Assembly: GCA_030264375.1 (NCBI GenBank)
Contig: JASCQW010000133.1
Coordinates: forward strand, 31,637,554-31,701,553
Direction of reading: 5' to 3'
Length of the DNA stretch: 64,000 nucleotides
Origin: Carcharhinus longimanus
Lineage: Eukaryota
Positions 1 through 12,230 of the stretch are shown here, in pieces. Below the pieces are notes generated by a model. The model ran no database searches. It was not told the origin of the DNA and saw nothing but the letters and a program-made list of their open reading frames with translations. The translations under genes were made by a program, and so were the position numbers. Numbering within the stretch: the stretch's first letter is position 1; every line of letters starts with the position of its first letter.

Positions 1-97
1 ATGTTAAAATTCTTCTATTATTCTACTCAGTTACAAATTTTATAGCTGGCACACAACATGGTTTTGTGTCACAGAAATTATATTTGATTAATTTATG

Positions 98-388
98 AGG
101 ACAGTGTTTAGCACTGTGCCTCACAGCGTCAGGGACCTGGGTTCGATTCCCAGCTTGGGTCACTGTCTGTGCAGAGTCTGCATGTTCTCCCCATGTCTAT
201 ATGGGTTTCCTCAGATGCTCCAGTTTCCTCCCACAGTTTGAAAAACATGCTGGTTAGCTGTATTTGCCATGCTCAATCCCCCCTCAGTGTACCCAAAGAG
301 GCGCCGGAATGTGGCAACTAGGGGATTTTCATAGTAACTTCATTGCAGTGTTAACGTAAGCCGACTTGTGACACTAATAAATAAACTT
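98..388 (+). mobile_element. tRNA-derived shark SINE, tail type A
   Basis: tRNA-like head (cagtgtttagcact...gggttcgattccc), body ctccagtttcctcccacagt, tail cttcattgcagtgttaacgtaagccgacttgtgacactaataaa; several related copies in window. Confidence 0.85.
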
Positions 389-399
389 AAACATTAAAC

Positions 400-1705
400 T
401 TTATTAGAGCTCCAAAGGAAGTATCTTGGATAAGGGAGACCTGCAGGTGTGGTATATTTGGGGTTTCCAAACTGCATTTTATAAGGTGCCATATCAAATG
501 TTACAATACAAAATAAGTGCTTATGGTGTAAGGGCTAATGCGTTATCATAAACAGAAAGATTGGTTGGCTAACAAAAAACAGAGAATAGGGAGAAATGGG
601 TCTAGTGGAGTGGCACAGGGATCAGTACTGGATCTTCAACTATTTACAATCACCATCAAAAACACTTGGGGTGAATGGGATCAAAGGTTATTGGGAGAAA
701 GCAGGATTAGGCTATTGAGTTGGACCATCAGCCTTGATAGTGATGAATGGCGGAGCAGGCTCAAAGGGCTAAATGGCCTCCTCCTGCTCCTATCTTCTAT
801 GTTTCTATGATTTGGATAAAGAAACAGAATACNNNNNNNNNNNNNNNNNNNNNNNNNNNNNAAAGTAGGTAGGAGATGAAAGGTGTGAAGAGTACATAAG
901 GAGTCTGCAAAGAGATATAAACAGGTTAAGCGAGTGGGTGAAAATTAGGCAGACGAAGGGAGTATCACATAGGAAAATGTGAACTTGTCCACTTTGACAA
1001 GAAGAACAAAAGCAGTATATTATTTAGATAGAGACAGACTGCAGAACTCTCGTGGTGAAGACACCCAAGTGTCCTAATACATGAATTGCAAAATGTTAGT
1101 TTGCAGGAACAAGTGATTAGAGGAAAATAAATGCAGGGAAAAAAAAGTTTTGCTACAGAGCTTTGGTGGGAGCACATCAGGAGTAGTATATCATTTTGGT
1201 CTCCTTACCCAAGAAATTTAGCAGTTCAGAGAAGGTTCACGTATCGGATTCCTGGGATGAAGGGCTTATCTTAAGAGGAAAGGCTGGACAGGTTAGGCCT
1301 ATAGAAAAATGAGAGGTGAACTCACTGAAACAAAAGATCCTGAGGGGACTTCATAAGGCAGATGCTAAAAGAATGTTTCCTTTTTAAGGGAGAAATGAGA
1401 ACCAGAGGACATGGTTTAAATTAAGCATTCTCCCATTTAATTCAAGGATTAGGGGGTTTATTCCCCATCCCCTCCCCAAGAGGTCTGTATGGTGGAAATC
1501 TCTTCCTCTGGCAGTGGTGGAGACAAGGTCATTGAATATTTTAAGACTGAATTTGATAAATTCTCAATTGACAAGGGAGTGAAAGGTTGTAGGGAGTAGA
1601 CAGGAAAGTAGAGCTGAAGCCACAGTCAGATCAGCCACGATCTTATTGCATAGCAGAACTGGCTCGAGGGGCCGAATGGCCTATTCCTGTTCCTAGTTCA
1701 TGCGT
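400..1705 (+). mobile_element. Degenerate CR1-type LINE (RT 3' part and tail) with a nested CR1 tail at ~660-810
   Basis: RT-like remnants (gggatcagtactgg...tatttacaat); typical tail ggctcgaggggccgaatggcctattcctgttcct. Confidence 0.75.
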
Positions 1706-1789
1706 TTATATTGTGTAATTCCAGAGTGACCTCCACAGAATTAACTGCAAATTTGACCAAATTCCATTGTTTCTAAGAGTGCGGAAGAA

Positions 1790-2170
1790 GCTTACAGAAT
1801 CAGTCTCGGGGATGCGAAACTTCAGTTCGGAGGATTCGCTGGAGAGAAGGCGGCTAAGGGGAGATTTGATCAAGATGTTCCAAGTCAAGAGTGGACTGGA
1901 CAGCGCAGATAGGGAGAATCTGGTCCCACTCATTAAAAGGGCAGATTTCAAGTGATTTGCAAAAGAAATAAGTGTGTTGCAAAAAAAAACATTTTTCCAC
2001 GTGAGTGGTTGGGTCCTGGAATGCACGGTCTGGAAGTGTGGTGGAGGCAGCTTCGATCTGGAACACTCAAGAGGGGAAATGATGAAAGCACTGAGCCATA
2101 ATGCTCACTTGGAGAACTAGTGCAGGCAGGATGGGCCAAATGGCCTCCTCCTGTGCAGGGCCAATTATGT
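1790..2170 (+). mobile_element. CR1 LINE 3' fragment
   Basis: ORF 1767-1955 contains SLERRRLRGDLIKMF, a CR1 ORF2 C-terminal motif. Confidence 0.7.
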
Positions 2171-2751
2171 GAAGTCACTTATTTTTCTTACGGATCGCAA
2201 GACAGATTTCTGATATCCCACCCAGGCACAACTTTGCTAACAAGTACCAGCTGCTTTCAGCTCTGCAAGGGACAATTTGTGGCCATTAAATGCATGTTGG
2301 CATCTGAAACATCCAGCCAATGGATATAAATCTAGTAGTTAGCTACCGAAAGAGACAGTGTCAATGTCATGTCCTTGGCTCATCACTATGTCTGCGCAGG
2401 AGCGCCATCATGAGCCATAGTGCGGCTTGCTTTCGCGTCTGTCAAGGGCACTGGACTGGTAAATAAGTGTTTTACCAGAGGCAGCAGGTATGTACCTTCA
2501 ACACAGAACTGCAGTGGTTGCACTGAAAACAAAACCTTAGTACAAATGTACATTAAAATCTCTTCTCGAACCTTAAACAAGCTGTAGATAACTGATTCAG
2601 GCTGGGGTGAAAACGCAGGTTTACTGGAAAACTGATAGGAAGCTGCCAGCTACAGCCTGTCGCTCAGGCATGGAAAGGACTTTAAAAGATGGGAAAATCA
2701 GGGCCTCAAATTCTCTGTTAAAAAAGGAATGGACTCAGCAACTGAGATAAA

Positions 2752-3050
2752 GTAAAGTTTATTTATTAGTCACAGGTAGGCTTACATTCACACTGTAATG
2801 AAGTTATGTGAAAATCCCCTAGTTGCTACACTCCGGCAACTGTTTGGGTACACTGAGGGAGAATTTAGCATTGTCTACGCACCTAACCTACAATTCTTTG
2901 CACTGTGGGAGGAAACCAGAGCACCCAGAGGAAACCCACGCAGGCACGGGGAGAATGTACAAACCCCACACAGACAGTGACCCATGCCGGGAATTGAACC
3001 CAGGTGCCTGGCACCGTGGGAGCAGTAGTGCTAACCACTGTGCCACCGTG
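2752..3050 (-). mobile_element. tRNA-derived SINE, tail type A
   Basis: Reverse complement of the 98-388 element. Confidence 0.85.
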
Positions 3051-3122
3051 ACGTTCCAATCGAACACGGTTTAAAGATTTCAGCTGAAGTCCCACATAAG
3101 GTGGAGATTACTCGACAGCTTT

Positions 3123-3155
3123 AAAATTTAAAACACCGCCGGTGTTTTAAATTTT
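3123..3155. repeat. Perfect 16-bp inverted repeat with 1-nt spacer
   Basis: aaaatttaaaacaccg-c-cggtgttttaaatttt. Confidence 0.9.
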
Positions 3156-4628
3156 TAAAAAAAGGTTGCTTGGCCAAAAGACGTACAGTTGGCAACCTTC
3201 CCCCTTTAGACCAAGAGCCTGTGCTCTTGTTTAGAGAATAGAATAGGTGCAATTGACAGGGAAACAGAAAAAAAAGCAGAGAAATGAAATATCCAGCCTG
3301 GGTGTGCAAGACAGAAAAGTCAAAACAATCCTGAAATTTGGAACTTGGTAAGAGCGGGTGTTTCACTGCCATCTTTCCACGGCATGTGAGCTTCTCATCA
3401 CATTAAGCATGGAATACTTAACAAATGACTGGCAAATTAGTTAGAGCAATTTTAATAGAAGCTGAATACTGTCCTTTCGCAAGTGCAATTCCGGCATTTC
3501 TTCTCTCAGTAGGTTTAATAATATATACTCTTCAATTAGCGCAACACTGCAGGATGTCCTTTCACTTAATTACCATGGAAACACTGAAGCTTTCTATGAC
3601 TCTTTACTGCTTTCTTATTTTTAAAAAAAAAATCTGCTTTTCTACTTATTGAAGGAGTGGGGGAATGGTGGGGGTAGCAGGGAGTGGGGAGGGGGCTGCA
3701 GCCTCCCCCTCCTTTGCTTCTTTTCTCTCTCTCTTTCTCCCCACCCTCCCACCAACTCCTGCTCCTCTTGGCTCCTTTCCATCTTCCCTTCTCTGTAATA
3801 AACCTGTCAAAAAGTATCACATCACACTCCTTTTTGCACAAATCCAGATTATTTCAATACTTTTTCATTTTGATGATCACTTGTGTGCTTATGCTACTTT
3901 AATTGCTTACCATTTGGAAGAAAACTAACATCTATGTAATTTAGAGAACACGCACTCCGTCACTGACCCTTGTTAATTTTATTCCTCACTATTTAAGTGT
4001 TTAAGGGCGCAGTGACAGACCTCAGGCACTCCTGCCACATTAAAGATGGATATGTAATCAGGGTCATCGCTGATGTCTCTCTAGACTCAACTGTCAATTT
4101 CCGCTTCCCACCTGGGACCAATGATCTAAAATTATTGTTGCCAATCGTGACTACAACATCTGCACCTGACAGTGAGAAAATTTGATGCTCCGCACTCTAC
4201 TCAACCCCTAATTTCAGCAATGTTGTAATGAGGAATGTGGGTACATTGTGATATTAAAGTGCAGAGCTCCACCAGTGCTACTATGCAACAGCTTGTGTAG
4301 TTTCTGAGGGCAGCTCGATTGTAAAATTCATATCTTGGTTTACAAATCTCTCCACGCCCCAGTCCCCCTCCTCTCCACAACCTCATCCATCCCCTACAGC
4401 GTTCCAAGATCTCTGCACTCCTCCAATTCTGGCATTTTACACATCTCTGGTTTTAAACGCCCCACTATTGGCAGTTATGTCAGCCTTCAGCTTCAGAGTT
4501 TCCTCTTTAAACCACTGGCGCAATCTTATCAGCCGATCATGCCACGCTCCTGCTGCAGCGAGGTCGGACAATTTGGCGCCCAGCCAAATCTCCGTTCACT
4601 GCAGCGGGATGGGAAAATCCCAGAGCTT

Positions 4629-4730
4629 GAGTTCTGATGAAGTGTCATCCAGACTCGAAATGTAGGCTCTATTCTCTCTCCACAGGTGCTGTCATACCTG
4701 CTGAGATCTTCCAGCATTTTCTGTTTTTGT
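4629..4730 (+). mobile_element. Penelope-like element terminus with minimal type I hammerhead motif
   Basis: GAGTT CTGATGA A GTGTC atcca GACTC GAAA TGTA GGCTC (4629-4669), then tctctccacaggtgctgtcatacctgctgagatcttccagcattttctgttttt. Confidence 0.7.
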
Positions 4731-5264
4731 ATCATGAGGCACCGTTGGAGTAGTTTCTCTTCCACCCTACCTCCCTCACACTTTATTGCCCATTTTCTCC
4801 ACTCCTATCCTCTCCTGAATATTCTGACTTTTTAACCTGGGTACAATTCCATGGGCACCCATTGCTTACCTTGTCCTAATAATTACTGTTCATCTGCAAA
4901 AAAAAAAGACAATGAAAACTGGCAGACTGTGTAATCGGTGAAGACTAGTCCAACAGTGACAGTACATCCATATTTCCACTAGGAAATGGTCATCAGGAAT
5001 TCTGGTCAATTTTCCCTTTCAGCCAAAGGTGCTGAGGCACATCATTCCACCCTGATGATGGCCCCAGCCGACATTAACCAATTCTTTGCTGATGGGACCG
5101 GTCTTTATGCTGTAGCTGCTTCCCCCAAATATGCAGACTAACCTTTGAGCCATCAGGATTGGAGTTATTAAAGAGTTGATGGATGTTAGTTGAACATCAA
5201 CTTAAAAGTCTCATAAAAAAGGTACATGCTTATCAACCTCAAAGCACAACACAAGAATATAAAG

Positions 5265-5536
5265 CATAGGAGTAGACCAATCAGCTTGCTGAGCTTGATC
5301 CACCATTCAATGGGATTATGCTAGATCTCCTGCTTCACATTATTTTCCTATCCCCATATCATTTCAGATATGTCGAAATCTATCCAACCCAGTCTTGAAC
5401 ATACTCAACGACTGAACCTCCACAGCCCTCTGTGCTATAGGATTCAAAAGATTCACCACCCAGTGGAGTGAAGAAATTTCTCCTCACCTCAGTCCTAAAT
5501 GGCCAGTTCCTTATTTGGAGACCGTGTCCCCTGGTT

Positions 5537-5581
<45 letters not shown>

Positions 5582-5860
5582 CAGGGGAATGATCCTTCCT
5601 GCATCTGTCCTGCTGAACTCTAAGAATTTTGTACGTTAGCATGAGGTCACCTTTCATTCTTCTAAACTCCAGAGAATAAAGGCTCAATCAACTTAAACAC
5701 TCCTCAAAGGGAAACCCTCCCTTCTAGGTGTTAATTTAGTGAGTCTTTGTTGCACTCGCTTTACAGCGAGTATATCTTTTCCTTAGGTAATGCAGCCACA
5801 ACATGGTGCAAATCTCCAGGTACAATCTCATGAAGGCTCTATATAATTGCAGCCATGGAT
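5265..5860 (-). mobile_element. CR1 LINE 3' fragment containing a (CA)n microsatellite
   Basis: Minus-strand TRGHGLQIRNWPFRTEVRRNFFT motif and CR1 tail. Confidence 0.75.
5540..5579. repeat. (CA)20 microsatellite
   Basis: Directly visible. Confidence 0.95.
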
Positions 5861-7187
5861 TTGATAAGGAATAACACATGGCTAATACTGCAGGAGTTGT
5901 GTTATTGCCACAAAGTTTAAAAATTGTCAGGCAGATCATAAAGAAGTGGGATTTGGTTTCCATTGTAATTACAGATTTTCTCGCGCCAAGATAAGGATAA
6001 TGTAATAGCAACAAAAACAATTGGTCCTTGAGGTGTGGCCAAGTCACAAATGAAGCAATCACTGAACAAGGGATCAGCACAGAGCTGTTTGAGGAAGTGG
6101 ATGCAGTCCATAACTGTACTCTAATCTATGCCAATGGTGAAAATGGAAAATGTGGGAAAATTATTTAGTTAAAAATAGAATTGCGAGTTCTCAGGTTGAT
6201 TCCCATCTTGTTCAATTGGTAGTCCAACATTATCAATCAACGAAGCGGTTTAAAATTTTAAGTTTGCATTCTGCGACTTCCCTATAAACTGCAAAGAAAT
6301 GGCAATCCTTGACATACTGCGTGCCAGAAGCGTGTTGAAGGAAGTCTACAATTATCTAAATCCCACCCACCAATGGTTTCTTCACCCCTTCCAAAAATGA
6401 AAATGTGAGAAACTAGAGCAAAGAGAAAGACAACGACAGACCACCCAGAACAGTTAAAAGACAAGGCATCTTCACCCATTTAACTGTGAAATTAACTCCA
6501 TACACATGGAATAAATTGAATCCCGGAACACATGGACAATCAAAAAGACATTAGTGGTGAAATTTGATTGCACAGTTTTCACATATAGTTCTTAAACATT
6601 CTCAATCTAAATCATGCTGTTTGCATGGTGAAGAATGCATTCAGTGGTGGCCCACATAAACAGTCACTGCATTTCATTCTGTAAAAAATACTTTGATGCG
6701 ATAAGATGCCATTTAACCCCAATAATAATGTCAAATTAGAAAGTAAAGGGCTGAAGCTTTCTTCTCTACCATCTCATCCTACTGTTCAAAGGTCAAAATG
6801 TGAACTCTGACTCCAAGATGTCAGGGAAGAGTTTCTATCACAAGTGACCTCTAAGGACACCAGATTTCTGAGCCTCTCAGCTGCTGTCGACATCACACGC
6901 TGCCAATAAAAATGATGAAATGGTTCAAAATCAATCAAAGCTCATTACTGACCACTGTCTGAAAGGTAAACAAATGCCCTTCAAATCACAGGTGGGGGAC
7001 AGAGTGTTCTCTGGTGCCTAAAGCAGAACAGCAGCAATTTAACCTTAACTGCCTCAACTGAAAATGGAGGTTTGTTGTTTAGAAAATATTCTCTATGGTG
7101 TACAAAAGTAGACACAAAAATGACCCCATTCAGCCAAAAATAAATGCATTCAATGGAAAGCAGTAATGACATCACATGAGTCTAACA

Positions 7188-7493
7188 TCATAGAATCACA
7201 GAACCCCTACAGTGCAGAAGGAGACCATTTGACCCACCAAGTCTGCACCAACCACAATCCCATCCAGGCCCCACTCCCGGAACCCATTAATCCCCTGACA
7301 CTCGGGTCAATTTAGCATGGTCAATCAACCTAACCTGCACTTCTCTGGACTATGGGAGAAAACTAGACCACCCGGAGGAAACCTACACAGGGAGAACGTG
7401 CAAACTCCACATAGACAGTGACCTAAGGCTGGAATTGAACCCACGTCCTTGGCACTGAGGCAGCAGTGCTAATCACTGCGCCACCATGCTGCC
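7188..7493 (-). mobile_element. tRNA-derived SINE with CR1-like tail (HE1-like)
   Basis: Same tRNA head as other copies; tail reads gcactgtaggggttctgtgattctatg on minus. Confidence 0.8.
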
Positions 7494-10029
7494 CGTTCCT
7501 TCAGGGAACATCAACATTCCATTTACTGAAAAAGTTGAAAATCAGCTGGAAAGTTTAAAAAAAAGACTACAATTAGACACATAATATACATGGCTGTTTT
7601 AGTAAACAACTAAGTGCAGTAAGATCCAGCATGATCTAACAGGAAAGATCACCTGGAGTCCTCAGTTATAATACAGCCTCTCTTCACAAGTTTATTCAAC
7701 ACATTTAGGAGATATATCTGCATTCACAATTCACAAACTATGCAATTTCAATATGCACAAGCGTTTAAATTGCTTCACAATTCCTGGCACCCCTATACAG
7801 TGTGCCCACACTAGACTGCGAGGTAATTGAAGAAAGCTTCATCATCAATGCTTGACATGGCAAGTTTCTGCTTCAGACATCTGCCCTCACCAGCTTATTA
7901 GCAACAGAGAGCAGAAAACAGGCCTTCTGCCCAACCTCTCTGTTGGAAGAAGGCAAGTTGAATCAAAATGATTGGCATTTCTGTATTGTGCCTACTTGGA
8001 TTGTGAATAGCACTAAGCAGTTGAGACTCAGTTAACAAACCTAGTCTGGTGAGTGTATGCTGAGCTGTAAAACATGAGAAAGTAGTGGTTACAGTTCTGT
8101 CACTAATGGTTGGAGCAATTTGAGATGATAATTAAGGGCATCAGAAAGACATTAAATTAAATGTTTTTATTAAATTATATTGGCTTAATTAAGTTTTCAC
8201 CAAATACATCAGTGCCAAAATGCTAAATAATTCTCTGGATAGCATTTGTCAAACACGTTCTGCAGTGGGTCACAGTTGTAAAAAAAATCACTATGTTTAG
8301 TAAAACAATGTCCAGTGTGGTCAAATGACTTGGCTGACCTGTGAAAGGTCAAGAACCACAGCTTTAAAACAGCACCATAGCAAATATTAGGACTCATGAC
8401 TGGGCGGGGGGGGGATTGTGTGTGAAAATCAAACTGTACGCTGGGCAAGGTGGGGGAACTTGAGAATCAAACTAGGAGTCCAACACTTTTCCAGAAAATG
8501 CACAAGGCACAAATCCAGCCTTTAAACAGATTACATGCTTCATCTGCTTAGACATTGATTCCAACTGATGCAAAGATTTGTTGTATTTTTCCAAGATCCT
8601 CAACATCTGGGCAAGATATTTTTTTTATGTATAACACATGATAGCTCAAGTTATTTCCTGCAAACTGTGGTGATTGCATCATTTTTCTTATTGGTAATTT
8701 TCCCCCTTCAAGCCAAACGACCCCTATTTTTCCCAGTTGGCCCAGCCTCGACATCATTTACCGTGGAGAGTCGGCGACCTCTTCCCTGAGTTGGACGAAC
8801 GATGGAAGCTGAGGTGCAGCAGCAGGGCCTGAGCTATGCTCCAACCTCCCTACTGGTTGCACAGCCTGCAGTCTATGTTTGCTCGTCCATACAGTAAAGC
8901 TCAGACCATGAAGTGAGCACAGTAAAAGGTCTGAACCTACATCTTCCCTCTCCAGGGCTAGCAATAGTCCACGTCAACTTAATCCTTTACCATCATGTGT
9001 TAACCAACTCCATTGAGTGTTAACCACATCAAACATCTTCCAGCACCCATTACAAATAAACAAACACGAAGTAAAACCAATTCTTTGAAAAAAAGGATAG
9101 ACAGTAGTGATTTGAGAGGTATAATCACCTCTTTGAGGTCCAAATAAATCTTAGTGCATAAATGTTTTTAAGCACAGAGAACAGAAATCAGTGCAAATGA
9201 GGCCCTTGGATTGTTTGGGCCACTCTTGTTTTTCCTTCCTTTTGTAAAAAACAAAGCAACTTGCGAGGGGAGGGTGTTAGGTGTGAGAAATGCAGAGTAA
9301 TAAACTATATAAGGCTTTATTGGCCTGATGCTGAGATCTGAATGCCAGGATTTGATTATTTTGTGTTTTATTTTCCAACCACCCCCCCCCTTCACTTTTG
9401 AAAATGAACATTCCTGCCTTCAAAATAAGAAACCGTTAGAAGGAAAGAAAGCTGGTGATTTCCTTCTGCACCACCCCCCCCCCCCGAAACTCCCTTCCAC
9501 TGGACTAAGTGAGGAGATTGGGGGACCCTGTTACACACATGGAGTTGCGGGGGGGGGGAATAGTTACCAGTTACAATCATGGGGTTAAAGTTAATGAGTG
9601 CAGTAGCTGAATGGCTTGGGGGGGATGTGTTAGATGGGCGATGCCAGAAATCCTGTACTCACTCCACTCTTCCCAGGCCCCACACTCCTTCCAGCTCCGT
9701 TACAGCAAGGGGTGGGGGGGGACAAAAAAACTTGGTTCTGTAACAGTAATTAATCCCTACGCGGGTTACACATCAGCCGGACATTAAATGCTCCTTCAGA
9801 TGCGAAACCTTCATTTAAAAAAAAAGTAGAATCGAGTCGAAATCTTTCTTATTTTTTTTTAAAAAATGCACGTACACCACACTTTGGAAAGTTTAAACTC
9901 GGGACAAAAGTTGAGATTTCCTCGCCCCACCCCTCTGTCAACATTTCTAATGATTCAAATAAAGGGGGAGAGAATAAAGGAGAGAGGGTGAGCCGCTGGG
10001 GTTGGTGCAGACAGAGTTAGTGTACTCAC

Positions 10030-10336
10030 CTTCTCTCTCTTGCTGTTTGCTGTCATGGTGCGGGGCTCCTGGACTGCGCTGCTGGTTAGCGGCTCACTGG
10101 CCGGTCCCAGCACCGGCAGATCTCGCCATCCACTCGGACAAAAGCTGCAGTGACTGGGCTCAATGAGCCGGCCTCTTCTTCCCCCCGGATTCTCCCTCCC
10201 TCTCTCTCTCTGATGCTCCTCTATGCGTTTATTAAAAGTTCGCCATGTTGTTCCACATACTTTTCCCCTTTGGCAGCAGCAGGATCCGTCCTTCCTTTGC
10301 TCAGGCTCTGCGATGTAACGGATATGGCTGCGGGAT
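10030..10336 (-). other. Probable CpG-rich first exon of an unidentified minus-strand gene running off the left edge
   Basis: Locally CpG-rich, non-repetitive; strong donor AAG|GTGAGT at 10030/10029; short frame MTANSKREK ends at the donor; upstream part in N gap. Confidence 0.5.
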
Positions 10337-10809
10337 NNNNNNNNNNNNNNNNNNNNNNNNNNNNNNNNNNNNNNNNNNNNNNNNNNNNNNNNNNNNNNNN
10401 NNNNNNNNNNNNNNNNNNNNNNNNNNNNNNNNNNNNNNNNNNNNNNNNNNNNNNNNNNNNNNNNNNNNNNNNNNNNNNNNNNNNNNNNNNNNNNNNNNNN
10501 NNNNNNNNNNNNNNNNNNNNNNNNNNNNNNNNNNNNNNNNNNNNNNNNNNNNNNNNNNNNNNNNNNNNNNNNNNNNNNNNNNNNNNNNNNNNNNNNNNNN
10601 NNNNNNNNNNNNNNNNNNNNNNNNNNNNNNNNNNNNNNNNNNNNNNNNNNNNNNNNNNNNNNNNNNNNNNNNNNNNNNNNNNNNNNNNNNNNNNNNNNNN
10701 NNNNNNNNNNNNNNNNNNNNNNNNNNNNNNNNNNNNNNNNNNNNNNNNNNNNNNNNNNNNNNNNNNNNNNNNNNNNNNNNNNNNNNNNNNNNNNNNNNNN
10801 NNNNNNNNN

Positions 10810-11240
10810 TAAATACCTCCACATCAATATCCCCAACCTCAACTAAATACTCCCCATTATCAATACCCCAGCCTCATCTAAATACCTCCACATCAATATC
10901 CCCAACCTCAACTAAATACTCCCCATATCAATACCCCAGCCTCATCTAAATACCTCCACATCAATATCCCCAACCTCAACTAAATACTCCCCATTATCAA
11001 TACCCCAGCCTCATCTAAATACCTCCACATCAATATCCCCAACCTCAACTAAATACTCCCCATATCAATACCCCAGCCTCATCTAAATACCTCCACATCA
11101 ATATCCCCAACCTCAACTAAATACTCCCCATTATCAATACCCCAGCCTCATCTAAATACCCCACATCAATATCCCAGCCTCAATTACATACCCCTGTATC
11201 AATATCCTCAGCCTCAACTAAATACCCCACATCAACATCT
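10810..11240. repeat. C/A-rich minisatellite: 34-35-bp subunits forming alternating 69/68-bp units
   Basis: Units start at 10810, 10879, 10947, 11016, 11084, 11153; then degenerate; abuts N gap. Confidence 0.95.
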
Positions 11241-11759
11241 ACCTCCTCACTAATAAGACCATAAGACATAGGAGCAGAATTAGGCCACTCAGCCCATCGA
11301 TTCTGCTCTGCCATTCAATCATGGCTGATATTTTTTCATCTCCATTCTCCTGCCTTTTCCCCATAACCCCTGATCCCCTTATTAATTCCCTTATTTGCAG
11401 CCACAACCCCAAGTACTTCACATCAACAGTCCCATTAATTCTCCCAAACACATCATCTAATGCCCCAACAGGCAATCAAATACCCTACACTAACCCGCAT
11501 GGTCTCATTAAACCATCGACACATAACCTCCCAAATATCCCACAGCAACTCATATAATTCCATAGCCACAACCCCAATAAGTACCCCGCATCTTCCCCCA
11601 CAACCCATTAACCCTTCCCAATATAGCCATAACCCACTATCAAATACACCAAACCTCAAGGACATTGTCCTCTGAAGCATTATTTCCCCCTCCCCTGCAA
11701 TGCAGCCCCAACCCTCAATCATAAACCCCATCACCAAATGAATGTGGCAGTTGCCCTGA

Positions 11760-12230
11760 AGAGTGGGGAGGGGGCAAGAAGGAGAGCTGGAATAGAAAGT
11801 GGAAAATGAAGGTGAGAAAGAAGGATGATAAAATGGATGAATGAGATGAAACAAAATAAATGGGAATGGGGTGAAGGTGGAGGAGAGAGTTCATGGTCTG
11901 AAGGTCTGGGACTTGATGATCAGTTCATAAGGCAGTAAAGGGCCCAAATGGAAGATGAGGTGCTGTTCCTCCAGTTTGCCTTGGGATTCGCTAGAACAGT
12001 GCAAAAGGCCAAGGATGGACATGTGGACAGGAGACCTGGATGGTGTGTTGAAGCGGCAAGCGACAAGAAGGTCTGGGTCCTGCTTGCGGACGGACCGAAG
12101 GTGTTCAGCAAAGCGGTCACCCAGTCTATGTTTGGTCTCTCTGATGTAGAGTAGACCGTATTGGGAGCAGCAAATGCATTAGACCAGATTGAAGCTGCTT
12201 CACCTGAAAGGGGTGTTCAGGACCTCCTGT
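11760..12230 (-). mobile_element. Penelope-like element fragment (GIY-YIG endonuclease C-terminus)
   Basis: Minus translation CICCSQYGLLYIRETKHRLGDRFAEHLRSVRKQDPDL...KLEEQHLIFHLG. Confidence 0.8.

Noticed and set aside
98-170. tRNA-like sequences at SINE heads
   Set aside because: They continue into SINE bodies and lack a full cloverleaf; not tRNA genes.
10030-10336. Naming the left-hand gene TPST2 or HPS4
   Set aside because: Only human synteny suggests it, and local gene order differs from human; no coding evidence in the window.
9955-10949. Long ORFs of 173-295 aa in the ORF track
   Set aside because: Artefacts of reading through N gaps; the same applies to 44924-45736 and 44962-45582.
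10810-11240. CRISPR-like periodicity
   Set aside because: The intervening segments are themselves repeated, there are no cas genes, and the context is vertebrate; it is a minisatellite.
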